Of a stretch of 64,000 bases of DNA, positions 9,667 to 21,029 are shown piece after piece. The notes below the pieces were generated by a model that ran no database searches, was not told where the DNA came from, and worked only from the letters and a program-made list of their open reading frames with translations. The position numbers and the translations under genes are program-made. The stretch lies in assembly GCA_034520965.1 (NCBI GenBank), contig JAXHMY010000003.1, forward strand, positions 160,001 through 224,000, in the 5' to 3' direction. Origin of the DNA: Spirochaetia bacterium (GTDB taxonomy: Bacteria > Spirochaetota > Spirochaetia > DSM-16054 > Sediminispirochaetaceae). Numbering within the stretch: the first letter of the stretch is position 1; every line of letters starts with the position of its first letter.

Positions 9667-10837
9667 TTAGAAACGAATTGCAGCTTCTAAGGTAAATCCC
9701 TCATTCGGCTTTACCCCTGCGTAGCGGCCCATTTCTCGGGTAAAATAAGAGGCGTTTAGATCCAGGAACAGCAGCTTCACTCCGGCTCCAAAGGTCGCAT
9801 AGCCCTGGTTTATTCCGCTTCTCAGCTTGATAAAACGCAGCACCTTGGCTTCCATTCCCAAATGCACTCCAGTCCAGAAAGAGTCTTCCTTTGCATCTTC
9901 GGCCTGATAGTGAGTTCTACGATACTCCGCATGAAATATCGGGTCGAACAACCAGGACGGTAAAAGAAAGCCGTCGGGGTCATAGCCGATACCATAGCTG
10001 GTGACCATTGGAATCGAATACGTCTCTTCAACATCCTCGCCGCTGCCGTCAAAACTCATAATTTGGTCAAGATTATCGGCAGTATTCACCTTATAGCTCA
10101 GGTCGGTTCCGCCAATATCACGGGCGGAAAATCCGGCTGTCCACTTGCCTAATCTCTAGGATGGTACCGAAATCGAAACCAAGTCCCGCCCCGGAATACA
10201 CCTCAAAGCTAGGTTCCACATCATCGGCAGCAGCTTTAGCAAACTCTAGGATGGCCACATCCCGGGCCTCGGCCCGCAGCATGTAGCGCAGGTCTCCACC
10301 CACATAGGCTGTTATCGGACCCAAGTGAACCGGCACAGCCATACCGCCGATAACGGCCCAGTCATACACTGCATCAATCGAAGTGCCGAGCACTGTTTCG
10401 CCGCGACCGTAAAAGTCCATGTTGCCGACGATCCCGAGCCCTAGGCCATTGTTGACCAGGCCGATGCCGGCATTCCCGGCGCCACCAATACCGTTGCCGG
10501 TAATCAGTTCTTCAAGTCCGACTAGGGCATTGGAAATATCTTCCTCACTTTCCGCCGCCATTACCTTTTCAAGGTTATCGACATCTTCATCGTTGGGCAG
10601 GAAATAGGGGGAAACCGTAGTTGATAAGAGGGTAAAACTGCCCCCATCACGGGCAAAACCTGCCGGATTTGTAAACAGCGAGTTATAGCCGTGTGCCACA
10701 GCGGTAAAAGAGCCGCCCTGCCCGATTACCTCGGGAGTCATCGGCGCATACACCGGACTGTCGATTATATCCCCCGCCGCAAGAGAGCCCAGACCGAATA
10801 CAGTAAATATAAGTACAATTATCAATGCTTTTCTCAT
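9667..10837 (-). CDS. Outer-membrane beta-barrel protein, FadL/PorV/TraF-like (paralog 1), one frameshift near 10150
   Basis: GQGGSFTAVAHGYNSLFTNPAG motif. The two ORFs join via GKWTAGFSARDIGGT. Ends EAAIRF with a terminal Phe beta-signal. Confidence 0.75.
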
Positions 10838-10847
10838 TCTGTGCTCC

Positions 10848-11666
10848 TTAGCTAAAATTCAAGCCCGCGGCATCGAGGAGGTAAACCATACCGTTATAGT
10901 ATGGATCATTGATGTCACTATCAAATGCATTTGTTGGATCCTCACCAGTAAAACTTGATCCATTCACAATGCTTCTTAAGGCTTCACTCTCTGAATCGGT
11001 TGAAGTTGTTGATGTATAACTACCGTTTACAGTATCATCATCTAATGAATCTAGCGACGCAAGAAGGACAACAGATACCGCTCCATACTGTACTGCATCA
11101 CCAAGTTCTGCATCTGTAATATAAGTAGAACCACTATCTTCGATATTTACTCCTAGAGATAAATACGCATCTGCACTTTGTAACAAGGCATTCACCATAT
11201 CTTGAAATGCAGCTGGATCATCCTTTACGGAATCAGGTACGATCGAATTGAGAAACGCTTGAGGATCATCAACACCAGTATCGCTAGTTAGTTCATCAAA
11301 AGAGCCGATCAGGTTCTTGGAAAGCTGCTCGGCGTTGGGGTCGCTTTGGATAGCTATTTTGCCTGCAAGCGCGGCGGCCTTTTGCCGGGTTTCGTCATCC
11401 AGACTCCCATTATCATAAATTTCTTTGAGTTTCTTCACTGTAGCATCGCTTTTTTCTTTATCACCGCTCAGGGCATCGCCATCGTACCAGTCTTCCACAT
11501 CACTTAAAAAGGCTTCAGCACCTGAGGCTGATGTGACATCCTTATCATTAATTTCATCTACCGAAGGCACGTTCGGTTTGTCCCACTCCATGAAAAGGTT
11601 ACCGGAGCAGCCCGCAAAGATCAGGAGCGTGAGTAGGGATACGGCTGTTATTGTTATTCGTCGCAT
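10848..11666 (-). CDS. Acidic helical lipoprotein
   Basis: Lipobox FAGC, AGGAGG SD, very Asp/Ser-rich, ends GLNFS. Confidence 0.85.
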   Translation of the reverse strand: MRRITITAVSLLTLLIFAGCSGNLFMEWDKPNVPSVDEINDKDVTSASGAEAFLSDVEDWYDGDALSGDKEKSDATVKKLKEIYDNGSLDDETRQKAAALAGKIAIQSDPNAEQLSKNLIGSFDELTSDTGVDDPQAFLNSIVPDSVKDDPAAFQDMVNALLQSADAYLSLGVNIEDSGSTYITDAELGDAVQYGAVSVVLLASLDSLDDDTVNGSYTSTTSTDSESEALRSIVNGSSFTGEDPTNAFDSDINDPYYNGMVYLLDAAGLNFS

Positions 11667-11749
11667 CGTTTCCTCCTATGTATTGTGCGTAAAAACCTAC
11701 GCAATTCTTTCTGTTTTAACTTTTTTAATTTTTTGGATATATTAAATAA

Positions 11750-11778
11750 ACTATAACACTGATTTGCAGAAAAATCAA
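11750..11778 (-). promoter_or_regulatory. sigma70-type promoter of the lipoprotein/barrel locus
   Basis: TTGATT-17 nt-TATAGT with an extended TG, in an AT-rich intergenic region. Confidence 0.6.
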
Positions 11779-11947
11779 CTTTATACTGCTTTATGATAAT
11801 TAATCTAATACACCATGCATATTTTAACACATTTCTCCCGAAAAACCCAGATTATGCAAACCCAATACGAAACCACTTATAATATCATTCTGTCAAATCA
11901 TTTGCCAAAATGACATACATCTTGTTTATTCGTTGAACAGAATGATA

Positions 11948-13345
11948 CTATTCCAGCCGGCCGAAGATGTGCTCGTCGGCCGATTCTATTCGTATGGATA
12001 CAATTTTTCCGTGCATACCCGGTTCTGCCGCTGATGTCCCGTTGTTCGGTTGTGTATCGGCCGGAAAAAAGTCGATGGGTATTTCGACTCTGAGGTAGTT
12101 CTCGGAAAGTCCGCTCCAGTACTCTTCGTCGCCGATCATATGAATCTCTTCCAACAGGACCTTTACTGTGCGGCCTACCCAGCGCTCGGCGTAGGCGGAT
12201 TCGAGTTCTGCGGCCAACTTGCGGAGGGCATCCGCCCGCTCGCCTGCTATTCGCTCCGGGACGGGATTTGGGGCATGGAAGAGTTCGGTGCCCGGCCGTG
12301 GAGAAAAAGTAAAAATATGCAGCGCGGCAAAACCACACTCTTTGATCAAGTCGTAGGTAGCCTTGAAATCTTCATCCGTTTCCCCCGGCAGTCCAACGAT
12401 TACGTCGGCCGCCAGAAAGGGGTCGTCCGTAACCCCGCGCAGGTCGGCCACCGCTTCACGGATGCGGTCGGCAGTATAAGGACGGTATACTGCTTTCAAA
12501 ATACGGTCGGAGCCGCTCTGCACCGGAATATGGAAGTGGGGACAAACCCGGGGGTGGGTCACCGCTTCCACCAGTTCCCGGCGGATCATCTCCGGTTCAA
12601 GGCTGGAAAGGCGTATACGGTACTCCTCCGTCCGGCCGGTAAGCTCATGCAGCAACTGGGGCAGCCCGTAGCGCCGGTTTGCCGGGTCGCGGTAGGCGGT
12701 TATGTTCACACCGGTTAATACCAGCTCGTTGTAGCCGTGGTGGTACAGCTGTGCCGCCCGCTCTGCAACTTCGGTCGGTGCCAGACTGACTGAAGCGCCT
12801 CTGGCAAGACGAACACGACAGTATGCACATTGGTGGTCGCAACCGTCCTGTACTTTAAGGAAGGCCCGGGAGTGAAAGCTGTAGGTATCGGCGGCAAAGC
12901 GAAAAATCCCGCCCCGCTCTACCCCCTCGGAGGCGAAGCCGGCGATGCAGGCATCCACCGCCTCGCGCACCGCATCGGCGGAGGCTTCGGTGGAACAGCC
13001 GCCGGAGGCTTCTAAGCACTCGGCCAAATCGAGCAGCTGGTACTTGCGCTCATGGCCCAACACCACCACATTCGGCATCAGCCCTTCCAGCGCCTCTTGG
13101 TCAAGCTGAGCATAGCAGCCGGTAACAACTATTACCGAGGCAGGGTTGTCCCTGGCCAGCCGTCGGATGATCCGCCTTGCCTTTTGCTCGGCCTTGCTGG
13201 TGACTGTGCAGGTGTTAACTATAAATATGTCCGCCCCCTCCTGGGGAGGGACGATAAAAAAACCCCGGCTCTTAAAGGTCGATGCCAGGGCTTCACTTTC
13301 GCTCTGGTTCAGCTTACAACCCAGAGTGTAAAAGGCTACCTTCAT
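11948..13345 (-). CDS. mtaB: tRNA t6A37 methylthiotransferase MtaB (radical SAM)
   Basis: TLGCKLNQSES, NTCTVT, VTGCYAQ and KVQDGCDHQCAYC motifs, plus a C-terminal TRAM-like region. Confidence 0.95.
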   Translation of the reverse strand: MKVAFYTLGCKLNQSESEALASTFKSRGFFIVPPQEGADIFIVNTCTVTSKAEQKARRIIRRLARDNPASVIVVTGCYAQLDQEALEGLMPNVVVLGHERKYQLLDLAECLEASGGCSTEASADAVREAVDACIAGFASEGVERGGIFRFAADTYSFHSRAFLKVQDGCDHQCAYCRVRLARGASVSLAPTEVAERAAQLYHHGYNELVLTGVNITAYRDPANRRYGLPQLLHELTGRTEEYRIRLSSLEPEMIRRELVEAVTHPRVCPHFHIPVQSGSDRILKAVYRPYTADRIREAVADLRGVTDDPFLAADVIVGLPGETDEDFKATYDLIKECGFAALHIFTFSPRPGTELFHAPNPVPERIAGERADALRKLAAELESAYAERWVGRTVKVLLEEIHMIGDEEYWSGLSENYLRVEIPIDFFPADTQPNNGTSAAEPGMHGKIVSIRIESADEHIFGRLE

Positions 13346-13962
13346 CCTGTTTTCATTTTCTCCTGTACTCTGCTTTTTCCACGTTCCGCATCGTTCAGCC
13401 CAGGCCTCAACCGCAGCGCCTCGTTGTACGCCTCCAGGGCATAGGGGTAATCTTCGGCTTGTTCACGGGCGTATCCCAGCCGGGCCCACCACTGGGCCAC
13501 CGAAGAGGTATGGTACAGAGCGGTGGTAATGGCAATATCTGCGTGGTGGTATTCACCCAGACGGATGAATATTTCTCCCATCATATAATAGGCAGTATCG
13601 ATTCTCGGGCCGGTGGGGGACAGAACTGTATATTCCTCAAACCATTCGAGGGCCTGCAGGTTCCGTCCCTGATAGTAATGGACTTCACCCACTATCTCGA
13701 CCATCCGCGGATCGTACCGGGATATCTCCATTCCCTGCTGGGCGTAATCCAAAGCCTCGTCATAGCGGCCTAAGCGCACAAGACTCCAGCACAGTACGGC
13801 GTAGGAGTCCATATTCTGCGGTGTTTCCTCCAACTCTTGGAGACACACCTCCACGGCCTGCGAATATTGCCCACTATTATAAAGCCTCAGGGCATCGGGC
13901 CTTTCTTGAGCAAAGAGAACAAGACTTGGGAAGAGCATCATCATCAATACTACTTTACGCAT
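13342..13962 (-). CDS. Exported TPR-repeat protein
   Basis: Signal peptide and several TPR motifs. Confidence 0.85.
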   Translation of the reverse strand: MRKVVLMMMLFPSLVLFAQERPDALRLYNSGQYSQAVEVCLQELEETPQNMDSYAVLCWSLVRLGRYDEALDYAQQGMEISRYDPRMVEIVGEVHYYQGRNLQALEWFEEYTVLSPTGPRIDTAYYMMGEIFIRLGEYHHADIAITTALYHTSSVAQWWARLGYAREQAEDYPYALEAYNEALRLRPGLNDAERGKSRVQEKMKTG

Positions 13963-14344
13963 TCGGCTTTTCTCCCTGGCTCAATTCAGTGTGCGGAGCC
14001 TCCATTTTGCAAATACCGTTAAACTTGCAGCCGCTTTCCATAATCACATCGGGTGCGGTAATATCACCATCTACCATTGCAGTAGCAAATAGCTCGACCC
14101 GGGTGTGAGCATAGACATCACCCTTGATAGTGCCCTTCAGTGAAACAATATTAGCCTCGACCCGGGCTTTCACTACCGCCTCGCTGTCGACATACAGGTT
14201 GCCAAGGGCCCGTATATCCCCCTGAAAGCGCCCCTTTATCATTAGACTGTCGTCAAAACTCAATTTTCCGTCGAACGTAATATCCTCGGTTAATATGGTA
14301 ACTATATCACTCTCGTCTACTTCACGTATTTGTACTTCAGACAT
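13955..14344 (-). CDS. Bactofilin (polymer-forming cytoskeletal protein)
   Basis: TILTEDITFDG, G..G beta-helix repeats, ESGCKFNGICKM. Upstream TTGACA-17-TAGGAT promoter at 14368-14396. Confidence 0.92.
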   Translation of the reverse strand: MSEVQIREVDESDIVTILTEDITFDGKLSFDDSLMIKGRFQGDIRALGNLYVDSEAVVKARVEANIVSLKGTIKGDVYAHTRVELFATAMVDGDITAPDVIMESGCKFNGICKMEAPHTELSQGEKPNA

Positions 14345-14419
14345 CTCCACCCCCGTATTCTAAGGCAATCCTACTCAGCGATATTGTCGATGTCAAGACT
14401 GGGAACTAATCCAATAAGC

Positions 14420-15151
14420 TTATTCGTCTTCAGGCTCCAACATGTCCAAGGTATGTTGAAAGGACTGAAACACGGCGTTTCTCATTTCGCCTGTGTAGGG
14501 ATTGTAGCGCTGCAGGTCGTAAAACAGCTGCAGCGGATCGTTACAGGTCTGTTCAACAATCTCCAACAGTTTTTGGTACCCCCTAGTGGCAATTTCGCTC
14601 TCCGGCAAATGCAAGCCTTGCAGAACTCTTCCAATAAAGTGGGTAACTCCCTGGGTGTAGGCAGCCTGATGATCGTGCTCATCGGGACTCATTTCGATAA
14701 CCTTCATTCCATATCCTTGAAATATATTCTCCCAGCGTTCAAAAATGGCAGGAATCGCTGTAACCGACGACATAACCATGGGTAAGCCCTGGGGGCCGTC
14801 TTTTCCCGAATCCGGGCCAAACATAGGGTGCGAGGCAATTGAGTTTACACTCGACGGCAGCTCACGCTGCATTACCTGCGCCGGGTGAACCTTTACCGAA
14901 CAGGTGTCGAAAATAGTCATTCCAGGTTTCAGCAGCGGGACAATATCCTGCAAAACTTCTTCGAAGGCGGAAATGCTTACGCACATAAACAGGGCGTCTG
15001 CCTGCGTGATTTCTTCCTTGCCCACCTGTTTTATTTCAGGGGGCAGATTGTCTTTTTTTGACCGGCTGTACCCAATTACTTCGAATTTTTGTGCCAGCAG
15101 GGATGCCCAGTAAGTTCCGAAACGTCCAAGTCCATATACACCAACAGTCAT
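14420..15151 (-). CDS. tyrA: Prephenate/arogenate dehydrogenase
   Basis: GLGRFG, DTCSVK, SHPMFGPDS, EHDHQAAYTQGVTH. Confidence 0.88.
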   Translation of the reverse strand: MTVGVYGLGRFGTYWASLLAQKFEVIGYSRSKKDNLPPEIKQVGKEEITQADALFMCVSISAFEEVLQDIVPLLKPGMTIFDTCSVKVHPAQVMQRELPSSVNSIASHPMFGPDSGKDGPQGLPMVMSSVTAIPAIFERWENIFQGYGMKVIEMSPDEHDHQAAYTQGVTHFIGRVLQGLHLPESEIATRGYQKLLEIVEQTCNDPLQLFYDLQRYNPYTGEMRNAVFQSFQHTLDMLEPEDE

Positions 15152-15285
15152 GGGGCGATGTTAATTGATTTTTCTGAGAAGGACAACAACAGAATTATTA
15201 ATATGGAAGTTTTGCGCCTTCTCTGTTATTCTAATAGTAGTACAGAATTGTAATTATATAAATTTTTTTGGTTTTAGGAGTTAAT

Positions 15286-16277
<992 letters not shown>

Positions 16278-16278
16278 C

Positions 16279-16327
16279 AAAAAAAAAGCGGTCGGCCGGT
16301 GTGTTAAAACCGGCAGCCGCTTTTATT
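16279..16327. terminator. Bidirectional intrinsic terminator
   Basis: A-run, GCGG..GCCGGT/ACCGGC..CCGC stem and T-run between convergent genes. Confidence 0.8.
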
Positions 16328-16361
16328 AAATTTAGGTTCTAAATAAGGATTAAATTGGGGC

Positions 16362-17579
16362 TTAATTCGCCGCCTGAATCTTGTTTATAGCCGCTTGCGC
16401 TTCCCTCTGTATTGAGTTCTCCCAGAAATCAGAAATTGTTACTATAGTCAGTTCCTCTATACCCGTTAAATGGCCGACATTACCGAGGGCCTGAATCAGA
16501 GCCCTGACTATTCGGTAGGAATCGGGCGGAGCAAGCTCCCGCCGCTGATTATAATAGCCCAGCATATCGGAAAGGGGGCGTGCAACTTCCTCCCCAGTAA
16601 AGGTTCCCAGAGCCTCAAGCAGGGTTAGTACTTCATCCTCATCGAACACCCGGTCAGAGCGGTACATCCGGAGCATACCTATCAGGTTTTCAATCAGCCT
16701 CTCATTCTCCGGCTGAGGATATTTCTTCAGCATCTCCAATGCATTCATTCGAATCGTCTTAAGCTCACGACTTTCACTTTTATTCTTGGGTGAGTAGGTA
16801 AGCCCCTCATCGATAGCCGCTGCGGCTACTTCGGCCTTTGCTATTTGCGGGGCATCGGATTTTTCAGCGGCCTGCAGGGCGGATAGCTTTAGCTCGAAAT
16901 CATCGTTCGTTCGGAGAATCCGAAGCAACTGATCGCTAGGATCATCAACAATCTGCTGGAGCACTTTTTCGGCCTTCTGTTTAACCTGTCTCTGCTCTGA
17001 ATACCAGCCCTGGGAGGCAAAAAACACCGGCTCGTAGCCAAGCTCTTCTCCCAGGCGGCCTAGTGCCGTCACAAGCGCATAGGCAATAATCTCGTTCTTC
17101 CGCTGATTCTGAATATCATCATAATTGAAGTTGATATTCCGCAGCATCATCGCCATGTCTTCAGCATATTCACGCGCGCCCATACTACCCAGCGCCATAA
17201 TTGCTTCTGCCTTAAGAATCGGTTCTTCCACAATCTGTACAGTCTCCCATACCACCGGCACCGCTTCACGCGCTTTCAGGCGTCCCAGCTCTTCCACCAC
17301 CATTTTCATAAGTTCAAGTTTTCGGTCGGCCTCCGTTACGCTGGTAGTATTGCCAAAAGTCAGCACTTCTTCCTCCAGAGCATCCGTCAGCACCGGAATC
17401 ACATCACGGCTGTGCTGTTCGACAATGTTCATCATAATTTGCTGTTTTTGATCGAGCGTCCGTGCACGTTCATACAGGCGCGTCCACATGGCAGCTATTT
17501 CATTTGCCACAGCAAACTGACTTCCCACCATTACCAGCAGCAGCAACATCATCAGTATTTTAAGCTTTATTCTTTGCAT
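16362..17579 (-). CDS. Exported HEAT-repeat protein
   Basis: Signal peptide and repeated A..ALG..G helix pairs. Confidence 0.75.
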   Translation of the reverse strand: MQRIKLKILMMLLLLVMVGSQFAVANEIAAMWTRLYERARTLDQKQQIMMNIVEQHSRDVIPVLTDALEEEVLTFGNTTSVTEADRKLELMKMVVEELGRLKAREAVPVVWETVQIVEEPILKAEAIMALGSMGAREYAEDMAMMLRNINFNYDDIQNQRKNEIIAYALVTALGRLGEELGYEPVFFASQGWYSEQRQVKQKAEKVLQQIVDDPSDQLLRILRTNDDFELKLSALQAAEKSDAPQIAKAEVAAAAIDEGLTYSPKNKSESRELKTIRMNALEMLKKYPQPENERLIENLIGMLRMYRSDRVFDEDEVLTLLEALGTFTGEEVARPLSDMLGYYNQRRELAPPDSYRIVRALIQALGNVGHLTGIEELTIVTISDFWENSIQREAQAAINKIQAAN

Positions 17580-17603
17580 ATTTCCTTTTACTACCTCTCT
17601 TCG

Positions 17604-18542
17604 CTACTCAACTACTTTGTAAGAAACCTTGCTGCGAGTAATATAATCGCATGTAACCTGTTCCTGAATATCTTCTCCTGCATCCATATAGACAACTTCC
17701 ACAGGATTTCCAAAACTGTTATTCACATATGTAATTTTACGCTTTACCGAACCATTAGCCCTTAGTAAGGTTTCATTTACCAAGGCTCCATTTTCATACT
17801 CATACAAACGGCTCTGCTCGCGCTGGTCGGAACTATTGTACCACACCCGCTTTTCCGGCTTACCCCCGGAGTTGTATTCAATAACGAAATAATCCAGAAG
17901 ATCATTTCCGGCACTGTAGTTCTCGATACGTGTATTGAGTCCGTCCTTATACTCATACAGGCTGTAGCTCATCAGTGTATCATTGCCGTTGTACACCAGC
18001 CATTTGCTCTTGTGACCGGCCGGGTTATACTCAAACTCCTGCCGAGTCTGTTGTTCTTCCTTTGCGTTTAAAAGAAGGTCCTCAATTAGCAGACCTTCCT
18101 CGTTGTAATCGAACTGATGTATTCGCTGCAGCTCATTGTTGCCATTGTAGTGACGGCTTTCAGTCAAATTACCGCCTTCATAAGTGTAAACGATCCGTTC
18201 TTCAATCTCGTCATCGGAGTTGTACAATATCTCTTCGCGTTTTTCAGTTCCTTCGTCTGCATAGCTATACACCCGATAGGAAGCCAGGACACCGTCGGAA
18301 TAGTAGGTTGTCTTTTTAGAAACCAACTGTACCTCTTCAACAACTTTCTCCAGCTCCGGTTCAGTCGCTTCGGTACTTTCTTCTGCCTCGCCGGTCTCTG
18401 CCTCAGCGGTCTCTGCCTCAGCGGTCTCTGCCTCAGTCTTGGGCTCGGGAGCCTTCTCACTGGTTTCCGGTTGGCTTGCGCATCCAGTCCACAACAGAAC
18501 CAAGGCTCCCGCCAGCAGAACAAATATCAAGCTTTTGCGCAT
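17604..18542 (-). CDS. Lipoprotein with YD/RHS-like beta-hairpin repeats
   Basis: Lipobox WTGC, AAGGAG SD before MRKSL, recurring Y.Y...G repeats. Confidence 0.75.
   Translation of the reverse strand: MRKSLIFVLLAGALVLLWTGCASQPETSEKAPEPKTEAETAEAETAEAETGEAEESTEATEPELEKVVEEVQLVSKKTTYYSDGVLASYRVYSYADEGTEKREEILYNSDDEIEERIVYTYEGGNLTESRHYNGNNELQRIHQFDYNEEGLLIEDLLLNAKEEQQTRQEFEYNPAGHKSKWLVYNGNDTLMSYSLYEYKDGLNTRIENYSAGNDLLDYFVIEYNSGGKPEKRVWYNSSDQREQSRLYEYENGALVNETLLRANGSVKRKITYVNNSFGNPVEVVYMDAGEDIQEQVTCDYITRSKVSYKVVE
18392..18436. repeat. In-frame 15-bp tandem repeat, three copies (AETAE linker)
   Basis: CGGTCTCTGCCTCAG at 18392, 18407 and 18422. Confidence 0.9.
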
Positions 18543-18624
18543 ATTTTTCTCCTTAAGATAATTCTTTTTCAAAGTATACTTCACAGGAATTTTCAAGTCA
18601 AACTGTTTAGGAGCAGCAATTCTA

Positions 18625-19500
18625 CTAGACGGAGTATAAGGAAGTTTCACTCAGAAACTCCGCCAGTGCCACGACTGTTTCCACCGTAAGCTCCTCCCCG
18701 CGCCGTCCCGGATCGATACCGCCGGCCTCCAACGCTGCAGCAATTTTTTCTTGTCCGTAGCGGGCAGCAAGATTGCTGCGGATTAGGGTATTACGGATAG
18801 TTTTTCGGCGCGAGCTAAACAATGCCTTGGTAATTGCACTCACCAAAGGCAGCCGACTAAAGTTGAATCGTCCATGGGGTTTCATTACCACTAGTGCTGA
18901 ATCAACGTGGGGTGGCGGATAAAAGGCTCCTGGAGAAATAGTTCCACCGTCCTCAACAGTACACGCGAATTGGCAAATAACCGAAAAAGCGGAATATTCA
19001 CGTGTTCCTGGTACAGCCCGCATTCGAGCGGCAACCTCCTTTTGAACGGTAAAAACCATTCGTGGAGCCACACAACCGGCTTCAATTAAATCGGCGATAA
19101 TCATTGAAGCGGTGTTATAGGGTAAATTTCCCATGATTCGGTCGGGAAGCCCCTCTTTCCTATACACCGACTTCCAGGTCTTCACTACATCCCCGGCCAC
19201 AATTTTCAAATGAGAGTACTCGGCGTAAAGGGATGTGAGAAACTGTATAAAACGGTTATCTATTTCAAAGAGTGTGATATTTTCCGCCTTATCCACCAAC
19301 ATGTGGGTCATTGCCCCCAAACCAGGTCCAACTTCCCACACCTTCGAATGCTCTTCCAGCTCAAGCAGCCCGACTATCTTCTCGCGTACCCCTTGGGAAA
19401 TCAGAAAGTTCTGCCCAAACCGGCGGTTGGGTGCCATTCCATGACTCTGCAGATACTGGGCGATCGACTTGGGAGAATTGTAGTTTAATTCGCCATCCAT
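18625..19500 (-). CDS. rsmA: 16S rRNA m6,2A dimethyltransferase RsmA/KsgA
   Basis: FGQNFL, EVGPGLG, GNLPYN, VQKEVA, FYPPPHVDS. Confidence 0.97.
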   Translation of the reverse strand: MDGELNYNSPKSIAQYLQSHGMAPNRRFGQNFLISQGVREKIVGLLELEEHSKVWEVGPGLGAMTHMLVDKAENITLFEIDNRFIQFLTSLYAEYSHLKIVAGDVVKTWKSVYRKEGLPDRIMGNLPYNTASMIIADLIEAGCVAPRMVFTVQKEVAARMRAVPGTREYSAFSVICQFACTVEDGGTISPGAFYPPPHVDSALVVMKPHGRFNFSRLPLVSAITKALFSSRRKTIRNTLIRSNLAARYGQEKIAAALEAGGIDPGRRGEELTVETVVALAEFLSETSLYSV

Positions 19501-20973
19501 AGCGCCCAGCATACTGACAGAGTGAGAACAGCGTCAATACACAGGCTGAAATAAGAGCGGTCACTCTCCATTTATCTGGTGAAATTTCAATAGGACTAAA
19601 CAGACTCCACCACCTAACGGCATCTACCGTTACAAAGGCAGCCCACTCAATCAGAAGGCGGAAGTATCGATCAGCTGTCACCAACAGCGGGCTGGATACC
19701 AGACTTAGAAAGCAGGACCAGAACAGATAGGCTAATCCGCCCCACATCCATAGGGTCACCAGCGGTGTTAAGACCAGGGGCGCCAAAAATCCTACGGGAT
19801 ACAGTACCCCGAAACTTTTCACAAGGAGACAAGCACTACAGCACTGAGCAGCTATAGTCGCCGCCACACCATCCCTCATAAGCGGAGGAATCAGCACCGG
19901 CAGACAGCGGCTAATCGCGCGAGTCCACAGGCAGATTCCACCCAAGGCCATGTATGAAAGCTGAAAACCAAGGCTATATGCGTCTTGTGGAAGAAGCAGT
20001 GTTTGGAAAATAAAGGTCATACAGAGTATGTGAAATGGATTTACCCGCGCTCCCAGCAAAAGCACCCCCGCCGAACCCAGGGCATACATAATTACCGCAC
20101 GCAGCATAGAGGGCCGTATTCCAACTAGAAACAGGTAGAATACTATTATAAGTAGAGAAAGTAACACTGCCCGTCTGCGTCCAATCAATGGGGTTGCACA
20201 CATCAGCACTCCCAGAGAGATCACCCCCAAATGCATCCCCGACAGGGCCAGCAGATGTGCACAACCGGCCCGTCTAAAAAGGGCAAATAAATGGCCGGAG
20301 CTTCCATCCTTGTAGCCCAGAAGCAGCGCTTCCAATAAAGGCGGGGAGTACCGTCCGATACTGACTATCCTCGCACGGAGAGTAGAAAAAAGGGCAGCCC
20401 TTTTTTCCGAAAGCACCGAAGAGGAGCCGATGGAAATTGCGTGCCCCCGGGCCGTGCCTATATAGCTGACCCCTTCGGCCTGTGTGACTTTGCTGTTCTG
20501 TAGTTCTTTCAACTCTACCGGCACTCTCAACTTTTGCCCCTGATAAAAGCCGGTAGTATCGGGTAACAGCAGCAGCAAGGAACCCCTCGCTTCCGCAGTT
20601 TCGCCAAAATTATCTTTCACTTCAGATATGGAAATTTTCACACTGCTCCCGCCCCGCCCATCCATTCTGCTATCATCTAATGCTGTCCCACTTATCGCTG
20701 TCACCCTGGCTGCCGGAAGGCCTAAAAACTGCTGTGCTCTTTGCAGCGCAAAGGGGATTCGAATACAGAGAGCACATACAACAGATATCCAAAGCAGCAC
20801 TTTTGCACACGACCTTACTCTTTCGGAGGAGCGGTTGCAGAACACTATAGCCACAGCTGCTATAAGAATGGAACAGAGTGCACTCGCAATTTTTACAAGG
20901 TTGAGATTTACTACACTACATGCCCATAGGCTGCCCAGAACAGGCAGAATGCTAAGTTCGAGGAGGTGTTCAT
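19361..20973 (-). CDS. comEC: ComEC/Rec2 competence membrane protein (start uncertain; possible indel near 20930)
   Basis: G.AHLLALSGMHLG, PSMLRA and GFQLSY motifs, many transmembrane segments. Confidence 0.85.
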
Positions 20974-21029
20974 AGTGTCTTCGGAAGAAAAGGTGGCCCC
21001 AGCCTAGATTACCGCGAAAAAGTGCCTGT

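Noticed and set aside
7747..10837. TraF-like barrels as evidence of a conjugation system
   Set aside because: No relaxase, coupling protein or VirB4-like genes. The resemblance is to the barrel fold only.
7498..11900. tRNA-anchored genomic island carrying the lipoprotein/barrel cassettes
   Set aside because: No integrase and no duplicated tRNA 3' end. The cassettes lie on the promoter side of the tRNAs.
11885..11912. Imperfect palindrome CATTCTGTCAAATCATTTGCCAAAATG as a Rex operator
   Set aside because: Spacing and bases deviate from TTGTGAA-N4-TTCACAA. It may simply be a weak hairpin after mtaB.
12050..12718. Long antisense ORFs (e.g. 12050..12718, 29295..29963, 49387..49938, 50734..51318)
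   Set aside because: Shadows of well-supported genes on the opposite strand, with no motifs or translation signals.
18614..18622. Isolated CAGCAATTC (also GAATTGCTG at 22279-22287) as further MITE copies
   Set aside because: Only 9-10 nt match, with no hairpins or TSD. Could be chance or an unprovable scar.
19361..19500. 140-nt comEC/rsmA overlap as a dual-coding region
   Set aside because: The ComEC tail is beyond the conserved domain and may be run-on or an indel artefact.
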